A DNA stretch of 64,000 nucleotides from Thalia democratica (lineage: Eukaryota). The stretch spans positions 79,050,001 to 79,114,000 of the forward strand of contig OZ241828.1 in the NCBI GenBank assembly GCA_965202585.1. Reading direction: 5' to 3'. The position numbers were made by a program, and so were the translations under genes. Below, one piece after another: positions 47,793 through 63,050 of this stretch; the stretch's first letter is position 1, and every line of letters starts with the position of its first letter. The notes beneath the pieces were generated by a model. That model saw only the letters and a list, made by a program, of their open reading frames with translations, ran no database searches and was not told the origin of the DNA.

Positions 47793-49790
47793 CTGGTGTT
47801 TGAATTTATAATAAAATTTAAGAATTTTTGAAAGTATTATAGCTGCAAAGGTTTTAAGTTAGATCAATTAATTTCTATAGGCGTAGACTTCATCCTGTAG
47901 TGTAGCCAAAAATGTGTATTTGCTATTTTGAAATGCGTAAAATGACTGTTTATGCACGGTCTCAAAATAAAGTATTATTTATAATTATTACTTTGGGCTT
48001 CTTGTCTCTTTTCTTTTTCAAAAATTAAGTTTTATTGTACTGAAATCCCGAAATAATTAATTTAAATTCAACAAGAAAGCACAACATAGTTCGTATAAAC
48101 TCATGGTCTAATTAAATCTTAAAGGCGAGTGAATACATCAGAACACACTTTCTTCAGCAGCTTTACATTCAAAATCATTTAGTATGAATGATTGTGCTGT
48201 GAATTGTTTTAAAAAGAAGCTGTTATAAAAGTTTTTGTTTGAAGTACAGTTGTTTTTTTTTGGTGCTATCAGTCTTAATTTGTAAAGAGTAAGAAAAAAG
48301 ATACGATTTACGAGAAATTTCGTGCTTACAATAGATGTTTTAGGGTTTGTGAATATTAGTGAAAAAAACTCAAGACACAATTTACGGACTATTTGAAACT
48401 TAAACTAGATATTCTAGGATTTAAACCGAAAATTTGATAAAATGGAAAGTGATATAAACTCTTCGGGAAATAACTATAAAATGACACAAGAATTTTACAT
48501 TACACATTCTGGAGTTTTAAAGAAAAAAAAGTCTTAAGTAGAATTTACCAGATATTTAAAAATTACATTAGAAATCATTGGCTTGGCAATTTTAAAAGCT
48601 TACACCATACACCAGATATTTTCGGTATAAATATTATAACTAAAAACAAGTCGAGTTTTAAACATAAATTGTATACCTTAAGTTAAAGTGGCATTTTTTA
48701 TAAAAGAATATTGAATATAAAACTTTTAAGAATTATACATTAAACAACCTAACAAAAATACATAAACTAAAAAGCAGAATTTTAAAATTATAAGTACAAC
48801 AATTGCTAGAATACCTACACTAATACAATTTTACAAACAAAACAGAAAAAAGATTGTTAAACCAAACTTCCGTCTGTAATATACCACAAAAATTAAGTAG
48901 ATAAATCTATCTTAAGTATAAAATCAAATTCTACATAATTAATTTCAAATTAACAAGAATCTAAATAACTGGCTAAAAAAATTACAAATTTAAACCGTGC
49001 TATAGACTTCTTAAGCTCGAAATGGTAAAATATTTACCAAGCATTGCCGAAAACGAATTAATAGAAGCATTAAAACTTGCAAAAAAACCTTACTGAAAAT
49101 ATACAACTAAGTTAAGTTTGTTAAACATTATTGTGAAAAATAATTATAGTCTATTGTAACACGACCTGTAAAAAAAACAAATTCAGATAACCTTTTCAAT
49201 ATAACAAGGTTGCCTTAGATCGAGCGGATAATTCTTAGCTAAAACCGATTCAAAAATATGTATCTAAAGACTTAAAAGACTTTAATTTATTGCGAAAATT
49301 CAATTAGACCTTAAAAAGTGTAAAGTGAAAAGGCAAAACTTTATCAAAAATAAAATCAGATTAATGCATTCTGTGGTGATGACTAACTTTCTTATTAAAA
49401 GCGTGTTTATATTAATTTCCTGACTTTTTTTACCATCATTATTTCCTGAATTTCGTCTTTTTTAATCGCTTTTGTTTGGATTTCGTTAATTTTGGCATTT
49501 TTAAACCTTTTTTTGGACTTTAGTTTTTGTTTTGGCAATCTTAATACAAGCTTTAATTCCTACAATGTTGTGCTAAAGTCCACAATTTATTATACTTTTA
49601 TTTATCAAACGAAACAAGTTAAAAAAAATTTTATCGGCTTTGGTCTTTATAGGGATGACCGCTTAAGAACTTAAGATGCAAGATTAGCAAAAAAATTGCT
49701 CACACTGCCAGCCTGACGAATACCCTTCAGTTCGTTCAGATGATCCACGATACGAAAACTATTAAATAGTTAGAGCAAACAATTATTTAC

Positions 49791-50000
49791 CTGACAAATA
49801 TCCTTCAGTTCGTTTAGCTGATCTACGATATTACTCCTCATCGTGTTTTGCTTGCCCTGCTCATCTTGATTTCGTTCAGCTTCCTCGCTGCTTCCACCTG
49901 GTAGGCGTCTGTTCCCTTCTCGAGAGAACTTCTTTTCGGGCTGCTTCACCTCGCCCTTCGCCGTCACCCGCGACCAAACTTCATCATTCGCTGCCTTCAC
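49791..50000 (-). pseudogene. Orphan open exon, unit 2 copy
   Basis: Offset 31,999 from 17,792-18,001. Confidence 0.65.
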
Positions 50001-51104
50001 CTGGTGTTTGAATTTATAATAAAATGTATGAACTTTTAAAAGTGTTTTAGCTGCAAAGGTTTTAATTTAGATCAATTAATTTCTATAGGCGTAGACTTCA
50101 TCCTGTAGTGTAGCCATAAAATATGTATTTGCTATTTTGTAATGCGTAAAATGTCATTTTATGCCTTCTTGAAACACAATTATGACATAATAAGTATATT
50201 AGTTTATATATTTAGAATATACTGGTCATTAATATAATTTGTATTAGCTATAAATGGAACTGTTTTATTATATCAAAACTATTTGTAACACCAGGTTATA
50301 TCAAAAAATTAATTAGTTACAAAATAATTGTTGTTCAAAGTCCTTTTTAGTTATAGTTTGCTAAATGTTTGTTATGAACTTTAATAACAAACGCATAACA
50401 ATACAATTAAAACAATGATTATTTTAAAGTTGAATAATCTTTAAACAAATGAAAAATAAAATTTTTTTACTATTATTTTTTTAATGCCACTACCACGTTA
50501 CTTGTCCATTAACTTACATATCCAATATATATTATTATTTTAAACCTTTCCATATAAATATAGTTTTAAGATAAAAATAATTAGCTTAGTTAGTTTTGTT
50601 ATCTACAGTATTACCTTAATTATATGATTTTTACAGATTGAAAACCAAAGTAGTTTCTAAACAACAGTAATTTTTTGATATATTTCTAGACATGTAAATT
50701 TACAAAGAAGATAAAACTGCTTGTAGATTTAAATTTAATTTAAATTCATACTACTTATTGAAACATAATAAAAGACTACATTAATCATAATTGTAGGAAT
50801 TTGAACTGATATGTACTTCATTTCATTAGTGAATGTAAGTAAGAACTCGATAAATAAAATAAATTTTACGACAAGCTGAATTAATGAGTTGCCAGTTTTA
50901 AAGCAACAAATTTTTCTATGCTTATATAATAATCTACTTTTATACAAACAAAAAATTGGTGCAAATTGTTAATATAATATACCAACTTGTATTTTTACAA
51001 ACAAATAAATGTATTGATACTTACAAATAACAAAAACCACTTGCTATTTAGTTTACTTTATAATAACCTTATAAAGTATTCAATAAAAAAAAGAAACAGC
51101 AAAC

Positions 51105-51283
51105 CTTCGTCGCCAATATCAGAGTCTTAATCACTCGAAGACGGCCAGTCATGAAATTGCTGCCAGTACTTACTTCTGCACCTACTAGCTGGATGGCTTC
51201 TTAACTGGTTCGTTTTCGTCGCTCGAATCGTCAGTTGATTCCTTTTATCGATGAAGAGCTGGCAGTTGCTACCTTCTTGGTTG
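51105..51283 (-). pseudogene. Decayed low-complexity exon, unit 2 copy
   Basis: Offset 31,999 from 19,106-19,284. Confidence 0.55.
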
Positions 51284-52883
51284 CTATATAATATAATTGA
51301 TTCTTAATTTGGCCTTTATCACAACTGTTATTTTGCTTTTTACTTGTGGACCAAACGATTTTATTTCTGTGGCAATAAATATATTCAACTAAAATTAATT
51401 TCTACACATTTCTTTTCAGGAGACCTTTCTGATTAAAAACAAGGGGTGCACGACTATTCAAATTTCAATTATTAAAATTTCTAAAAAGGTTTAAAGGGCA
51501 ACAATTAAAAAAATAATGTTTTTAAGAAAAATATGAACAAGACATTTAAGTCTTATTAATATCTACAAGTCATTTTACCCTTTTTTGCAAAACTTTAAAT
51601 GTTTTTTGAAATACGGCTAACTTAAGTTTTAAAATTTACAAATTTATAGTAACTATTTAATATCTCAAAAGACTTTTCAAACTTTACAAACAAGATTAAA
51701 CAGCTTATTTATTTTAATAAGACCAACATACAGATTTTTATTTAATTTAAATATTTTTTACTTATTGAGCCATATTAATTGTCTTAATTTTACTTATTGT
51801 CTCTTAAATAACTATTTTAAGAATTTGACTTTAAACTTGAACTCTTATGTAACTAAAAACCAGAAACTTTTATTATTCAAAGTTACTGCACATAAAACAA
51901 AGCTATTTTAATTTGTATGTATAAATATCGAAATATTTAATAAGTTAAGAAGAGAATTTCCAAAGTTCTTTAGTAGTACAACAACAAAAAAAATTACTTA
52001 AACTATATGCAGTAACTTTTCCAAAGTCAAATATTTTATTGTAGATAAGACTTCATACTCACTAAATGTTTTGAGTAAAACATTATAAGAGATTTCAAAA
52101 TATCAAAAAATTATCTAGCATGTTGTTGCACCAATATAAAGCTGAAATTATATAGTTAGCCTTACATTCATTCATATTTATATTCTATGTCAGTTTTTTC
52201 CAGAAGTGTTTTAATTAATGAAAATGCCAAAAAATGCATAACACACTTTATAGCCTTTAGCAATTACGAAGTATACAATATAATTAATAATAATATATAT
52301 GTATCACTAAACAAAAAACTGTTTTTTCGCTTAATGTTCAATTATGGTAGGAATGAGCTTAATACATAAAACTTAAAGCGATGTGTTGTTAAACAAAAAC
52401 CATTGGATATAAGTTTTGTTGGTTTATATCAAATAAATCTTATATGTTTATGTATTTAAATAGCTAAGCTTGTTTACAAAAAAATATCTTTTTAGACTTT
52501 TAAAAACATTGATTTTTAATCTAAAATTATAGTTATAATTAATCTAATATGTTAACGAAGCTAATAATTAACTACTATCTATAACAAAGCTAACTATAAA
52601 GTTTCAGTTTGATATTGGTGTGACATCATGCTACGTATTTACAAAAATATATATATTATTAGAGAAATTCAACTTTAGATGATAGTTTTAACAGACCATA
52701 TATTTAATTGATAAATTAGGATTTTTAAAAATGTACCTTAAGAAAAAATTATTATTTTATGTAGCTAAGAAATATTAAATCTACTTATGAAATGAGATTA
52801 AAAAAATTTTCTAGTAATTTTAAAAACCTCTTTGGACCAAACCTTAAAAATGTTTTAAACTTAATATAAAGGCTCTGTAGGTA

Positions 52884-55694
52884 AAAATATTTACATAATA
52901 ATGAAATTGTTTAAATATTGTTATAATACATAAATTACACGACTCTGAACTGTAGGAACTTGAAATGTTGTGGACTTCATTTAATCAGTGGATGTAAATA
53001 AAATTCGATATGGAAATGAAACAATGAAAATGAATTGACACTACAGTAGCGTTTAAAGACTTGAATATATTAAAATTAAAAAAAAAAATTAATTAATAAA
53101 TAATAATATTTATAACTCTAATGATAAGCTGAAATAATGAGTTGCAAGTAATTTAAAGTAATGATTTTTCTTAATGGTTATAAAGTTATCTACTTTAGAT
53201 AGCCAACATTTTTGGGTTCACCTTGGTTTTAACAAGTTGATCTTATTTGATAAAGTTTTATCTGAACTATCAGAAATTTTTGAGCGCTTGAAAAAATTTG
53301 AAGTAATTTTTGAGATATGAGCGATCAAAGTTGGTGACCTCAATAGGTTCCAATGGAAAGGGCAAACTAAAAAAACTAAAAAAAAACATTTCACTAATAA
53401 TATATCTCCTCCTTTATTATCTGAGCAATCTTTTACAATTTTACACAGAAAGTCTATTATTAAATTTTAAAAAGATTGACTGCAGGAATTTGTTTTAATT
53501 TTGAAATATAAAACTTTTATTGATTAAAAACCACCTACTTTTTTGCTTTTTTTGTTTAAAATTTTAGTTTATAATATTTTTAAAATTGCAATGCTAAAAA
53601 ACTATATAAAAAACGTTTCCTGAAAGTCTGAGGTCTCTTATTAAACAAATGAAGGAGAAGATAGATTTTTAGTGATTTTTTTAATTTTACAGAAACTAAC
53701 AGTAAAAAACCTGCAAATTTTTTTATAAAAGTTACAATATCTCAAAAGTAAAATGAGATTTTCTTTGTTCTACAAAAAATGGCTTATAGTATGGACTTAA
53801 TGCTTACAATAAAGATCCAATGTTATTTTTATTTAAAAAAATGTTAGACCTCTATTCCCTTATGTGACTTGAGTATCTGAAACTCTATTAAAATATCTTA
53901 GATCTTTAATTTGAGGGGCTATTTTAATATTTTAAGGATTAGTCATTAGTAGAGGGTTACCAAAGTTTTTCAGTAAACTATTCAAGGTTTTTAAAAATTT
54001 CTTCTAGGTTTTAAAATAAAAATTTTCGGGTACATTTTTGAATAACATCAAATTAGAGATAAGAAATTGTCTTAATTAGTATAAAAACACTAAAAAGATA
54101 TTGTAAAGCTAGTTTAAATGTGTTTTGTAACAAAATAAAAAATTTACTTTCAAAAAACTTAATCTTCATGACAGATTTTTTGTATCAAATCAAAATTCCA
54201 ATACTTTACATGTTGAATATTCAAAGAATTGTTATTTAGAATCATAATAGTTTAAGTATATATTCTATAAACATTACTATACAAATTATTTAAAATTAAA
54301 ATTTTAATTACTTTAAATTAGTAACTACAAAACTCCCAACCATTAGAATAATAGTATCATTAATACTAAGCATTTAACAACAATCTTGCAAAGTATTGCT
54401 TGTTTAAATAAAGTATATTTAAATCACATATAAAACTGTTTGCATACAATTTTTTTTAAATGCAGCTTTATGAGATACCAATAAATAGTGTAAAATTTTC
54501 AAGGTAAGATCTTCTTTTCACAAAAATCAGCCTCTGATTTAAATAAAAAATACTTAAATAGTCTTAGTTTTTTTATTCAAAGAAAAAAAAAAAACAAGCC
54601 TGATTTCAGCATATAAGCTGTTTTATTTTTACTAATCTGAGTCTCAAACATAACTCTCTAGCCTAAGTTAGTCTTAAGAATCTTCCTAAAACCTAAAATG
54701 AGTTCTTGTAAAAGGGTGGCCACACTTTGAGTCACAAAAACAACTGTCCTGATTGGCTTAAAACTGTCCTGATTCATCCTGAGTTTTTTCCAAACCTTCA
54801 TACAAAAACTAATAAGAATTTAAAATTAATAAAAAACAAGTTCTTGAAAAAAATTGTTATAAAATAGCATCATTTTGAAAATAAATCTCTATTAAACCTA
54901 GAAAAATGGTCTGGCCTTAGATTATTTAAAAATAAAACCTAAAATTATCCTTATTTTTTAATTAAGAAACAGAGTCAGCCTAACTTTAAAAATCAAATTC
55001 AAAAACCTGAGCTACCCTGAGTAATTCTGAGAATTTAAAATTCTTCAAAATATCTGATTGAGTGGCAATATTATAATTTTCTCAAATTTGTGTTACTTAC
55101 ATTAGAACACTATACTTTAATTGTAAACACAATATACAATATTATAAAAATTTTAACAACTCACATTAGGTTTATAAAAATGATTATAGTTAGCTTAGTT
55201 ACTTACATATAAAGCATAACTCTTACCTTGAGGAGAACTTCTTTTTGATTGTTTATCTTATCATTGTGGCTCAAAAGGTTTTACAGAAAATATTAGAGCA
55301 TTGCGCGCGAAAGTAAGTATTAAGTAATTTTTTTAAATAGAAAACCAGGGACAAAATCGTTTAATAAATACCAATGTTTTTTAAAATGTTTCTAATTTAA
55401 CTCACAACTTACAAGTTAATAAAAATTTATACTTTTCATACTATATATTTTTTTAAAGTTTTCAACAATAGTTTTCACAAGTTGTTACAACAATTAAAAC
55501 CATACATTCTCTAATAACGAAGACTCAATTTGTAGTTTACTGTTAAACAAATACTACGAAAAAAAGTTAAGTACGAATAGCTGTGTACTTAAACATCACA
55601 TTTTTATACTCGCTTTCTTAATTATTTTCAATCCGTAAACTAATAATTAATTTTAGTAATCTCTAAATTAAATTCTTTTTTAAAACCCTAAATA
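52884..55694 (+). repeat. Copy of the 1-2,815 segment inside array unit 2
   Basis: Offset 31,999 from 20,885-23,695. Confidence 0.92.
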
Positions 55695-58600
55695 AATTCG
55701 GAATAAAATAAATATTTTATACACTTCGTTTATAAATTAACGCAACGAACTATTACAATTATATTTATATTTTGTCTTAAAGTGTCTAATTGTTTTAAAT
55801 TACTTAGTCTATATCGTTTTTTCTATAGGTTTTTGTTTATAAATACAGTAAAATACTTTTTAAAAAGCTTTAATCAGTTTTCAACGTGCTAATAAAATTA
55901 AAAAATTATAATTACACAAAACAAAATTTATATAACATTGGTTGTACTTTATTTTTTTTACTTTAACTAACATTTTGCTGTTTCTTGAACTTTTTTATTT
56001 ACTCAATGCTATAATAAATAAACTTTAGATTAATAACAAATTCATATTGCAGTATATTACAGTCGTTTTTGTTTTTTTGTTCTAAAACATAAAATATATG
56101 CTTGAATTTTATTTTTTACGGGTTTCAGTTAGTCTGAGAAATTCAATTAGTATAATTTTGGGTTGAATTTAAAAAAACTGAAAAGATAATTAGTTTTAGT
56201 TTTTATAATATTATTACTCCATATATCTAGTTCGACCAGATTCTGACCCACTGTGTAATAATTGGTCAAAAAAATTATAACCTAAAACTTGTAGTACTTG
56301 TAAAATCATTAAAGTATAATTATTACCATCGTTTTTTTATCATAATAAGTTGTAGTCCTCAATGCTTTGCTTCAAAGTTTATATGATAGTTTGTAAAATA
56401 TAGCTCAATGTATTTATACAAATTTTAATAAAACTTGTATAACAGCTTAAGTTTATTTTATTGATGTGAAATGCCAGAGCTTTAGTAAAGTTTTAGTATG
56501 AGACTAATTTCTAATTAAGCTTTATGTTTTATATGATTTACACAGTTTAATTTAAGCTATAAAATTAAGACTGAGTTTTTTAAATACTACTTTTAAACAA
56601 TTAACTTTTATAGAAAAAAAAGTTATTTTTAAGCATATTAATAGAAACTAATTAATATAAGTAATTGAACCTATCGATTTCAATGGTTCTTGACTATTAT
56701 TTTTTTTATTAATCCTAAACCGATTTTTGTAGAATTTTATATTTAATCAGTTAAATTGAAGTTTATTTACTGAAAACAATTTTAAACGTGGCAAATTATT
56801 TAAGTGAAATTATTAGTACAAACTTGTAAAATAAGATAAAAACAGTCCTAAGAGTATAATTACGACTATAAATATTTGAAATTTTAAAAGAGCGAATAAG
56901 ATAATAATTTGGAACAAAGTTTTATAAAAGTACACGCTTTAGACAATTTTTGTACTTTTAAAACTTAAACTTTATAATAAAAAAGAAAATTTATACACAA
57001 ACTCATAACAAAATTTTTGATAATTTTACAAAGCATAGTTTTAATACATAATAAACATATATAACTATATTATATACTGGAAAACTAAACTGAAACGCAT
57101 TGGATAAGAAGCAAACTATTTAAAGCTGACTGTTTCGTAAAACTTTTGCTTTGCATTTTATCAGAAAACCAATTTGTAAAACAATAATACTATGTAAACA
57201 TATGGCAATTAAAAAATTCCAATTGTTCAGATTTTGATAGTCAATCCCACAAGGTTTGTTGTATATATAAGTAAGCTGCAAACTATCCTAACTATAAATA
57301 ACGTAGTATATTTTTCTTCAATATTTCTTTTCTTTTAGTGTTTTAGTTCTAATGATTTGTAAGCAGTTAGTAAACAAACATCTTGCTGAAAATACAAACA
57401 ACTAAATATGCTAAAAGAAATACAATCCAAAAACTTTCATTTCTAACATGATACAGAGTTAACTCATTTGTTATAACTAAAATTTTTTCAATTGTTCATT
57501 TTACATACTGTGATTGAAACGGTTAAGTGATGTTTTGATTTATTTCATCCACATAAACACAGCTTACCAGTTAGTATACTTTTTAAAACATATTAATCTT
57601 TGTTGAAGAACTACTTAGAAGAGGAGTTGTAAAAATGCGCCCTGCGAAAGATGATTGTACGGTTTTATTAATTTCATTATAAGTGCTCGCAAGCTAGTAA
57701 AACTTTCAAAAACTTTGGATTTTCAAGGTTTAGTATGAAGAGTTAAAAAAATAGTTCAACTTACGGGATGATTAACACTTACTAAAACTTGTAATACTAA
57801 GTTTCAAACGAGATACTTTACGATTTGTCATGAATGATTTAACAAAAAGTCTTTTTATAACTAAACTAAAAACTGTCTCCCGAGAACATTTCAATGTCGA
57901 AATTTTTCCTGCGACTATCAAGTCCCTGCTGACTCCTAATTTAAACGATATTTAATATAAAATTTCTAAGTTTTTTTTTTATCCTTCTATGTGTATTAAT
58001 TTAAAATATATATTTGATTACTTACAAAATTATAGAATCTGGTTTAAATTTAATTCATAACTCAGAAAATTTTAAACAGGGTTTTAAATATATTTTTTTA
58101 TTGATACTTAGATGGTAAGATTTGCTTTAAATAACCATAGATTTCAAAACGTTCAATATGAATTTACTAAATTATATTTTAATGCTGTTAAATAACTCTC
58201 AGACTGCAAGTACTTTAGTTTAAAAATATGCACGAAAAATATATACTAAGATTAACTTGTGTAGATAGTTTTGTATAAATTTAAAATGAATTTACACTAA
58301 ATATAACTATAACTAAAATAAATCACTATTTTCACCTTGAAGGCTGTTAAATTTTTGGCTTTTAGTCACTATTTTATTCTTATACTTTTGGTCGGTTTAC
58401 TTATCGTGTAGTTAAAAACAATGACAACTCAGTATAAATTTTGCAAACACAGCTTGCAAACTAAAAAGAAAAGTAACAAGAGTTACAAAAAGACTTTTCA
58501 GGTTCAAAATAAAATTAAAACAAAAGCCTGCACTGCATCTAAAGAGGTGTTGTAATATTACATTTAATAAATATAGGTCGATAAAAAATGCAGTATAATT

Positions 58601-59618
58601 ATGAAGACAAAACAATTTTTTTTAATTTTAGTCATATGCTATATCTTTTGTTTAAGTTCAGAGTACATATGTTTTTTTAATTTTCTAGTAGTAAAAACTT
58701 AAAACTTACTATTAAATTTAGCTTACTTTGAAAATATTAACATGCCTAACTTATTTCGATAGAAAAAAAATTTGAAACCTAGTTTAAGGTAATTGTGTCA
58801 AAAAAATTAAGTAAGATGTTAAAACTACTTACTTTTTTATATAGTTTTTAGGCCATTAATGACTGGAATTTACAAAGTATATTTTAATGTAGTGTAAAGG
58901 AAGAATAAGCATGATTTCTTTTGAGATGGTGTAAAAATCTAAGGCTAAAAGTTTTTCAGGTCAACTATGATTGTCTCAGGTGTTTAATTTTAAGTAGCTA
59001 AGGCTAAAATTTTGAATTGTTAAAATTCACGCTAGTTGTTTCATATGTCTTAAAATCTAATTCAATAATTTGATAAGATAATTTGATGCTTATTTAAATT
59101 CCTGTAGTTTAAAAAAAAAACAGATTTTACCCTAAAAAAAAAACTTATCAAAAAAAAAAAAAATCAATTAAAAAAAATTAGATAGAATAAATTAAACTAT
59201 AAATTATTATTTTCAAATATTTTTAATTCTATTAATAACAAACCGATCATTCGTAGTATTTAAGAACCATTTATTACGTAAAGTTTAATTTTTATTAAAC
59301 AGGAACAAAAAACTATTATATTTGATTTTAATCAGTTGTCTCCTGTAAAAAACCTTATTTTTTATTCATAAGTATTAGAAAATAGTTAAATTTTTAAAAC
59401 CTAATTAAGTTTTGTTTAAAAAAAAAATAAAACTTTAAAAACATCGCTATACTCGTATTATCAACTTAAAAGTGAACATTACATTTAAAACTATTAAGTT
59501 TATAAAATCAGCTATCATATTAAAATTACACATTTTTTTGCAATTAAAAATATACGTTCTAAACCTAAAAAAGTAAATTCACAACGACAATGATTTTGAG
59601 AAATAAAAACTTGTTTTC

Positions 59619-61070
59619 TTAGTTTTTTTGTTGTGAATTGACTTTTTTACACCAACTAGAAAGTTTTCTTTTAAACGAAGGTACCTTTACACAACAATAG
59701 TTTCTATAATCATATGTTTCGTCAATATCTTCGTATTTCCACAGACAATCTTCGTCAAGATCGTAGCAAAATACAGAATCTTCGTGCGGAAACAGATAAA
59801 TTTTCCTTTTAAAGCACAACACTTTGTTAATAGGAAAATCATCGTCGTTGGTGAAGAAAACAAATTCTTTAAAAGTGATGTCGTAGACCTCGCACGGTAT
59901 CGTGCAATCTCCAACTACAAACATTTTGTTGGTGGCAACAATCAGGCTGTGATCACTTCTTGCGTGTATCATGTCGGGCATTGCCGACCATTCATCGCCG
60001 AAAACGTCGTACGCCTCAACGCTTTTCAGCATGCGACCCGAAACACCACCCGAAACTACCACCTTTCCCCGAAAAACCACGCAAGCGGAACGGCGTCTCG
60101 CGCTTTCCATTGCGCGCACTTCTTTGAACCCGTCGTCGTTGAAATAGCAGCAGGAGTTGGTGGCGTTTCCAAGCCAGCTGCCTCCTCCGACCACGAAGAT
60201 TCTATCAATAAAGGAGCAAGCGCACGTTCCGATCCGGCCGTCGATCATGTCGAAGTTCAGCTCGCTCCACGTCCCGGTCGCGCGCGAGTACTTGTGAATT
60301 GACGTCGTGCGCCCGGAGCTGTCCTCACCGCCGATCAAGTAAACGTCGCCTTTCAAATACACGGCGATTGAACCGCACCGTCCCGCAATCATCGAAGGCA
60401 GCCTTTTTGTTTTGTGCAAGTTGTGACGGCATTCGATTCGGTACGCGCACCTGAGAACTTCGTGACCGTTGCGTTTGTAACCTCCGCACATTATGACGTC
60501 AAACTGGTCGTGGTCGCAACACCTTCTCGTGCGGTAACAGCTTGGTTTTTTTAGAAGAACTTTTCTGCCGTTTACCTCTTTCAACGTTTCAACGAGCTCT
60601 TTAGTCACACCTAACGGTGACAGGCTGTTTACAAAATGCTGCATTTCGTATTGAGACAGTAGAGTCAGACGAACCTTGTGTAACAATTGTTCTGCGAACT
60701 TGCTGCGTTCTTCATTGTTGTGTTTCAACCAAACTATTAACGAATTGGATACTTCAATTTCTGAGTGAATATTCAAGTTAGAACTTCCGAGTATTTTAAC
60801 TAGCATATGGAAGTCTAGATTTAAAAAGTTTTCTGTTTCAACTACACTAGGGAAACAACTATCAATAAGGCGCAATGCGAGCTTTGCAAGGTACCGCAAG
60901 TCGTAAAATTTTGCTAAAGTGTAAACCAAAGTGACATTTTGAACATCAATATGTTTAATATGATCGTTTATTTCGTCCAAAATATCTTCTTCTAGCAATA
61001 ACTTTTTAACTCTATATTCTGAAACAATTTTTCTTTGTTTGATACTGGATTCATCTAAAAAATATACCAT
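59619..61070 (-). CDS. BACK + Kelch-repeat protein (KLHL-like), copy 2, uninterrupted 483-codon ORF
   Basis: Same domains; GAA at 61,019-61,017 where copy 1 has TAA; no BTB domain recognisable in the ORF; true start uncertain (possible acceptor ttttag| at 61,055/61,054). Confidence 0.92.
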   Translation of the reverse strand: MVYFLDESSIKQRKIVSEYRVKKLLLEEDILDEINDHIKHIDVQNVTLVYTLAKFYDLRYLAKLALRLIDSCFPSVVETENFLNLDFHMLVKILGSSNLNIHSEIEVSNSLIVWLKHNNEERSKFAEQLLHKVRLTLLSQYEMQHFVNSLSPLGVTKELVETLKEVNGRKVLLKKPSCYRTRRCCDHDQFDVIMCGGYKRNGHEVLRCAYRIECRHNLHKTKRLPSMIAGRCGSIAVYLKGDVYLIGGEDSSGRTTSIHKYSRATGTWSELNFDMIDGRIGTCACSFIDRIFVVGGGSWLGNATNSCCYFNDDGFKEVRAMESARRRSACVVFRGKVVVSGGVSGRMLKSVEAYDVFGDEWSAMPDMIHARSDHSLIVATNKMFVVGDCTIPCEVYDITFKEFVFFTNDDDFPINKVLCFKRKIYLFPHEDSVFCYDLDEDCLWKYEDIDETYDYRNYCCVKVPSFKRKLSSWCKKVNSQQKN

Positions 61071-61938
61071 ATATAAAAGTTTTAAAGACTAGTTTGAACA
61101 TTTGATTTTTGTTTTTTAAACATGTTTTAAAAGCTATTAAAACTTTACTTTTTTGAAATCTAAAAACATTCTAAATTTAAGTATTGCTACAAAATCTAGA
61201 GGTGCAATATTTAAACTTATCATTTAAAATGAGATTATTTAGCAAATACCAAAAAGATGATTAATTCTTTACTTCTAAAATAATTAGAAACTAAAACAAA
61301 ATAAATAGGATAAAATCTTAAATAGTCTTACTTTGTTTATAAGATTCACTCAAACTTTTTGCATCTTTATTTTCAGAACATTGTTGTCTATTTCTTTTTA
61401 ACATATTGATAAACTTGTTGATATTAGCATGATATGTACTTGCTTTAAAAAAAAAAAACTAATTCAGAAAATTTCTATCTATTTATTTTATATGTGTTTC
61501 TTTCAAAGACTCATAACTAAAATATTTGTATTTATTTTGTTGTTTTTTCACTGGCTTACTTGTCTAAAATCATAATTGTTTGAATAATAAAACCAGTGGT
61601 CGCCTTCTTTAGATATCATATCCATCAATAAATAAACAAGTTTCAGCACTCTTTGATAGAAATCAGATTTTAATATCATCAAAAAAAAGTATAGTTATTT
61701 AAAACGTTTACATTCAGTATTAAAATAATATTTTTAATCTAAGTGCGTACTTAACGCAAATGCGTACCTCTTAGTGTCCTTATCGATGTGCGTAGTGTAG
61801 TTGGTAAACAAATAAAGAGTATAAGATAGAAGTTAAGTAATGGTTTAAACAAGTAAATGTTATGAAAGAAGGTAGAAACATTTTTGACTCTCTTGAGGTA
61901 GCTTAATACAAGTTTTTAAACACCAACATTTGAGCATC

Positions 61939-62570
61939 ATACGCGTATGCATAGTATTACACTATTAAGAGAGTGCTTTCACTCTGAAAAACGACAAGCT
62001 GACGACCTAGTCAGCTTAGGGATTTTATAATGCAAAGGTTATTGAAGAAAAGCCTAGACGTCGAGGCGGGTAGACGTCGTCAAGGCGGGTTAACTGGCAG
62101 TGTTTTTGCAGGCATATAGATTATAGCTTGAGTCGACGTGGCCGTCGACTCAAGCTGGCATCGAAAGACCGCAGCTGAGATAAGGTCGTATAGCAGACCT
62201 CATTTAGTAAGTAGCGAGGGAAGGTGAAGCGAGAGCAAGGCAGGTACCGTCCTAAGCAAGCCATTGAGCATAAAAGCCGGTCTCTCGGAAGGCAGTTTAT
62301 AAACGAGCTCTGACATGATTCAGCCCAGAAAAAAGTCTGTTTGAGTGCAGTATGATTGATTAAAGCATTTCTAGAGGTGAAGGTTCGGCCGGGGCGACTG
62401 AAGCAGAGTAGGCGAGATACTAGAAAATGCTAAGGCGAATCACTCAAAATGTAACAAGTAAAAAATCGGCTTTATCTCAATTAAGCTTTGAAAGTCAGAG
62501 GTCAGTAGAAGCGAAATGTTTTGCAAGGGAAGCAGGAGCTCCGAGAAAGCAATTGTAATAGAGGGGGGAG
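61939..62570 (+). other. GC-rich hairpin block plus polypurine tract (copy 3)
   Basis: Homologous to 8,950-9,585; PPT at 62,560-62,570. Confidence 0.7.
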
Positions 62571-62631
62571 TGTTTTTTAGAAAAAGTTGTTGAAAATGAA
62601 ATGTTGGGTTGTAGGAAGGGTCAGTAGAATG

Positions 62632-62737
62632 TAGAAAGAAAAGTTGAAAAAAATTTGAGCAAAAAAGGCCTCCGAATTCGCCCGCGGGCGAATTCGGAGG
62701 CCTTTTTTGCTCAAATTTTTTTCAACTTTTCTTTCTA
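62632..62737. repeat. 106-bp perfect palindrome (copy 3)
   Basis: Identical to copy 1. Confidence 0.98.
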
Positions 62738-62747
62738 TGTTTTTTTC

Positions 62748-63050
62748 AAAGGCGTTCGACGAAAGTCGGATGCCTTTTTTTTACCCAAAGTTTTTTTCAA
62801 TATTTTTTCAAAGGCGTTCGACGAAAGTCGGATGCCTTTTTTTTACCCAAAGTTTTTTTCAATATTTTTTCAAAGGCGTTCGACGAAAGTCGGATGCCTT
62901 TTTTTTACCCAAAATTTTTTTCAATATTTTTCAAAGTCGTTCGACGAAAGTCGGATGCCTTTTTTTTTTACCCAAAATTTTTTGTTATATTTTTTCATAG
63001 GCGTTCGACGAAAGTCGGATGCCTTTTTTTTATCCAAAATTTTTTTTAAA
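62748..63050 (+). repeat. Tandem array of 5 x ~62-bp hairpin units
   Basis: Hairpins start at 62748, 62810, 62872, 62933, 62997. Confidence 0.96.

Larger units (their letters stand above)
29101..61086. repeat. Tandem segmental duplication unit 2 (~32.0 kb, expanded by PLE block triplication)
   Basis: Same gene and repeat order as unit 1, plus ~11 kb extra at 33.7-44.5 kb. Confidence 0.95.
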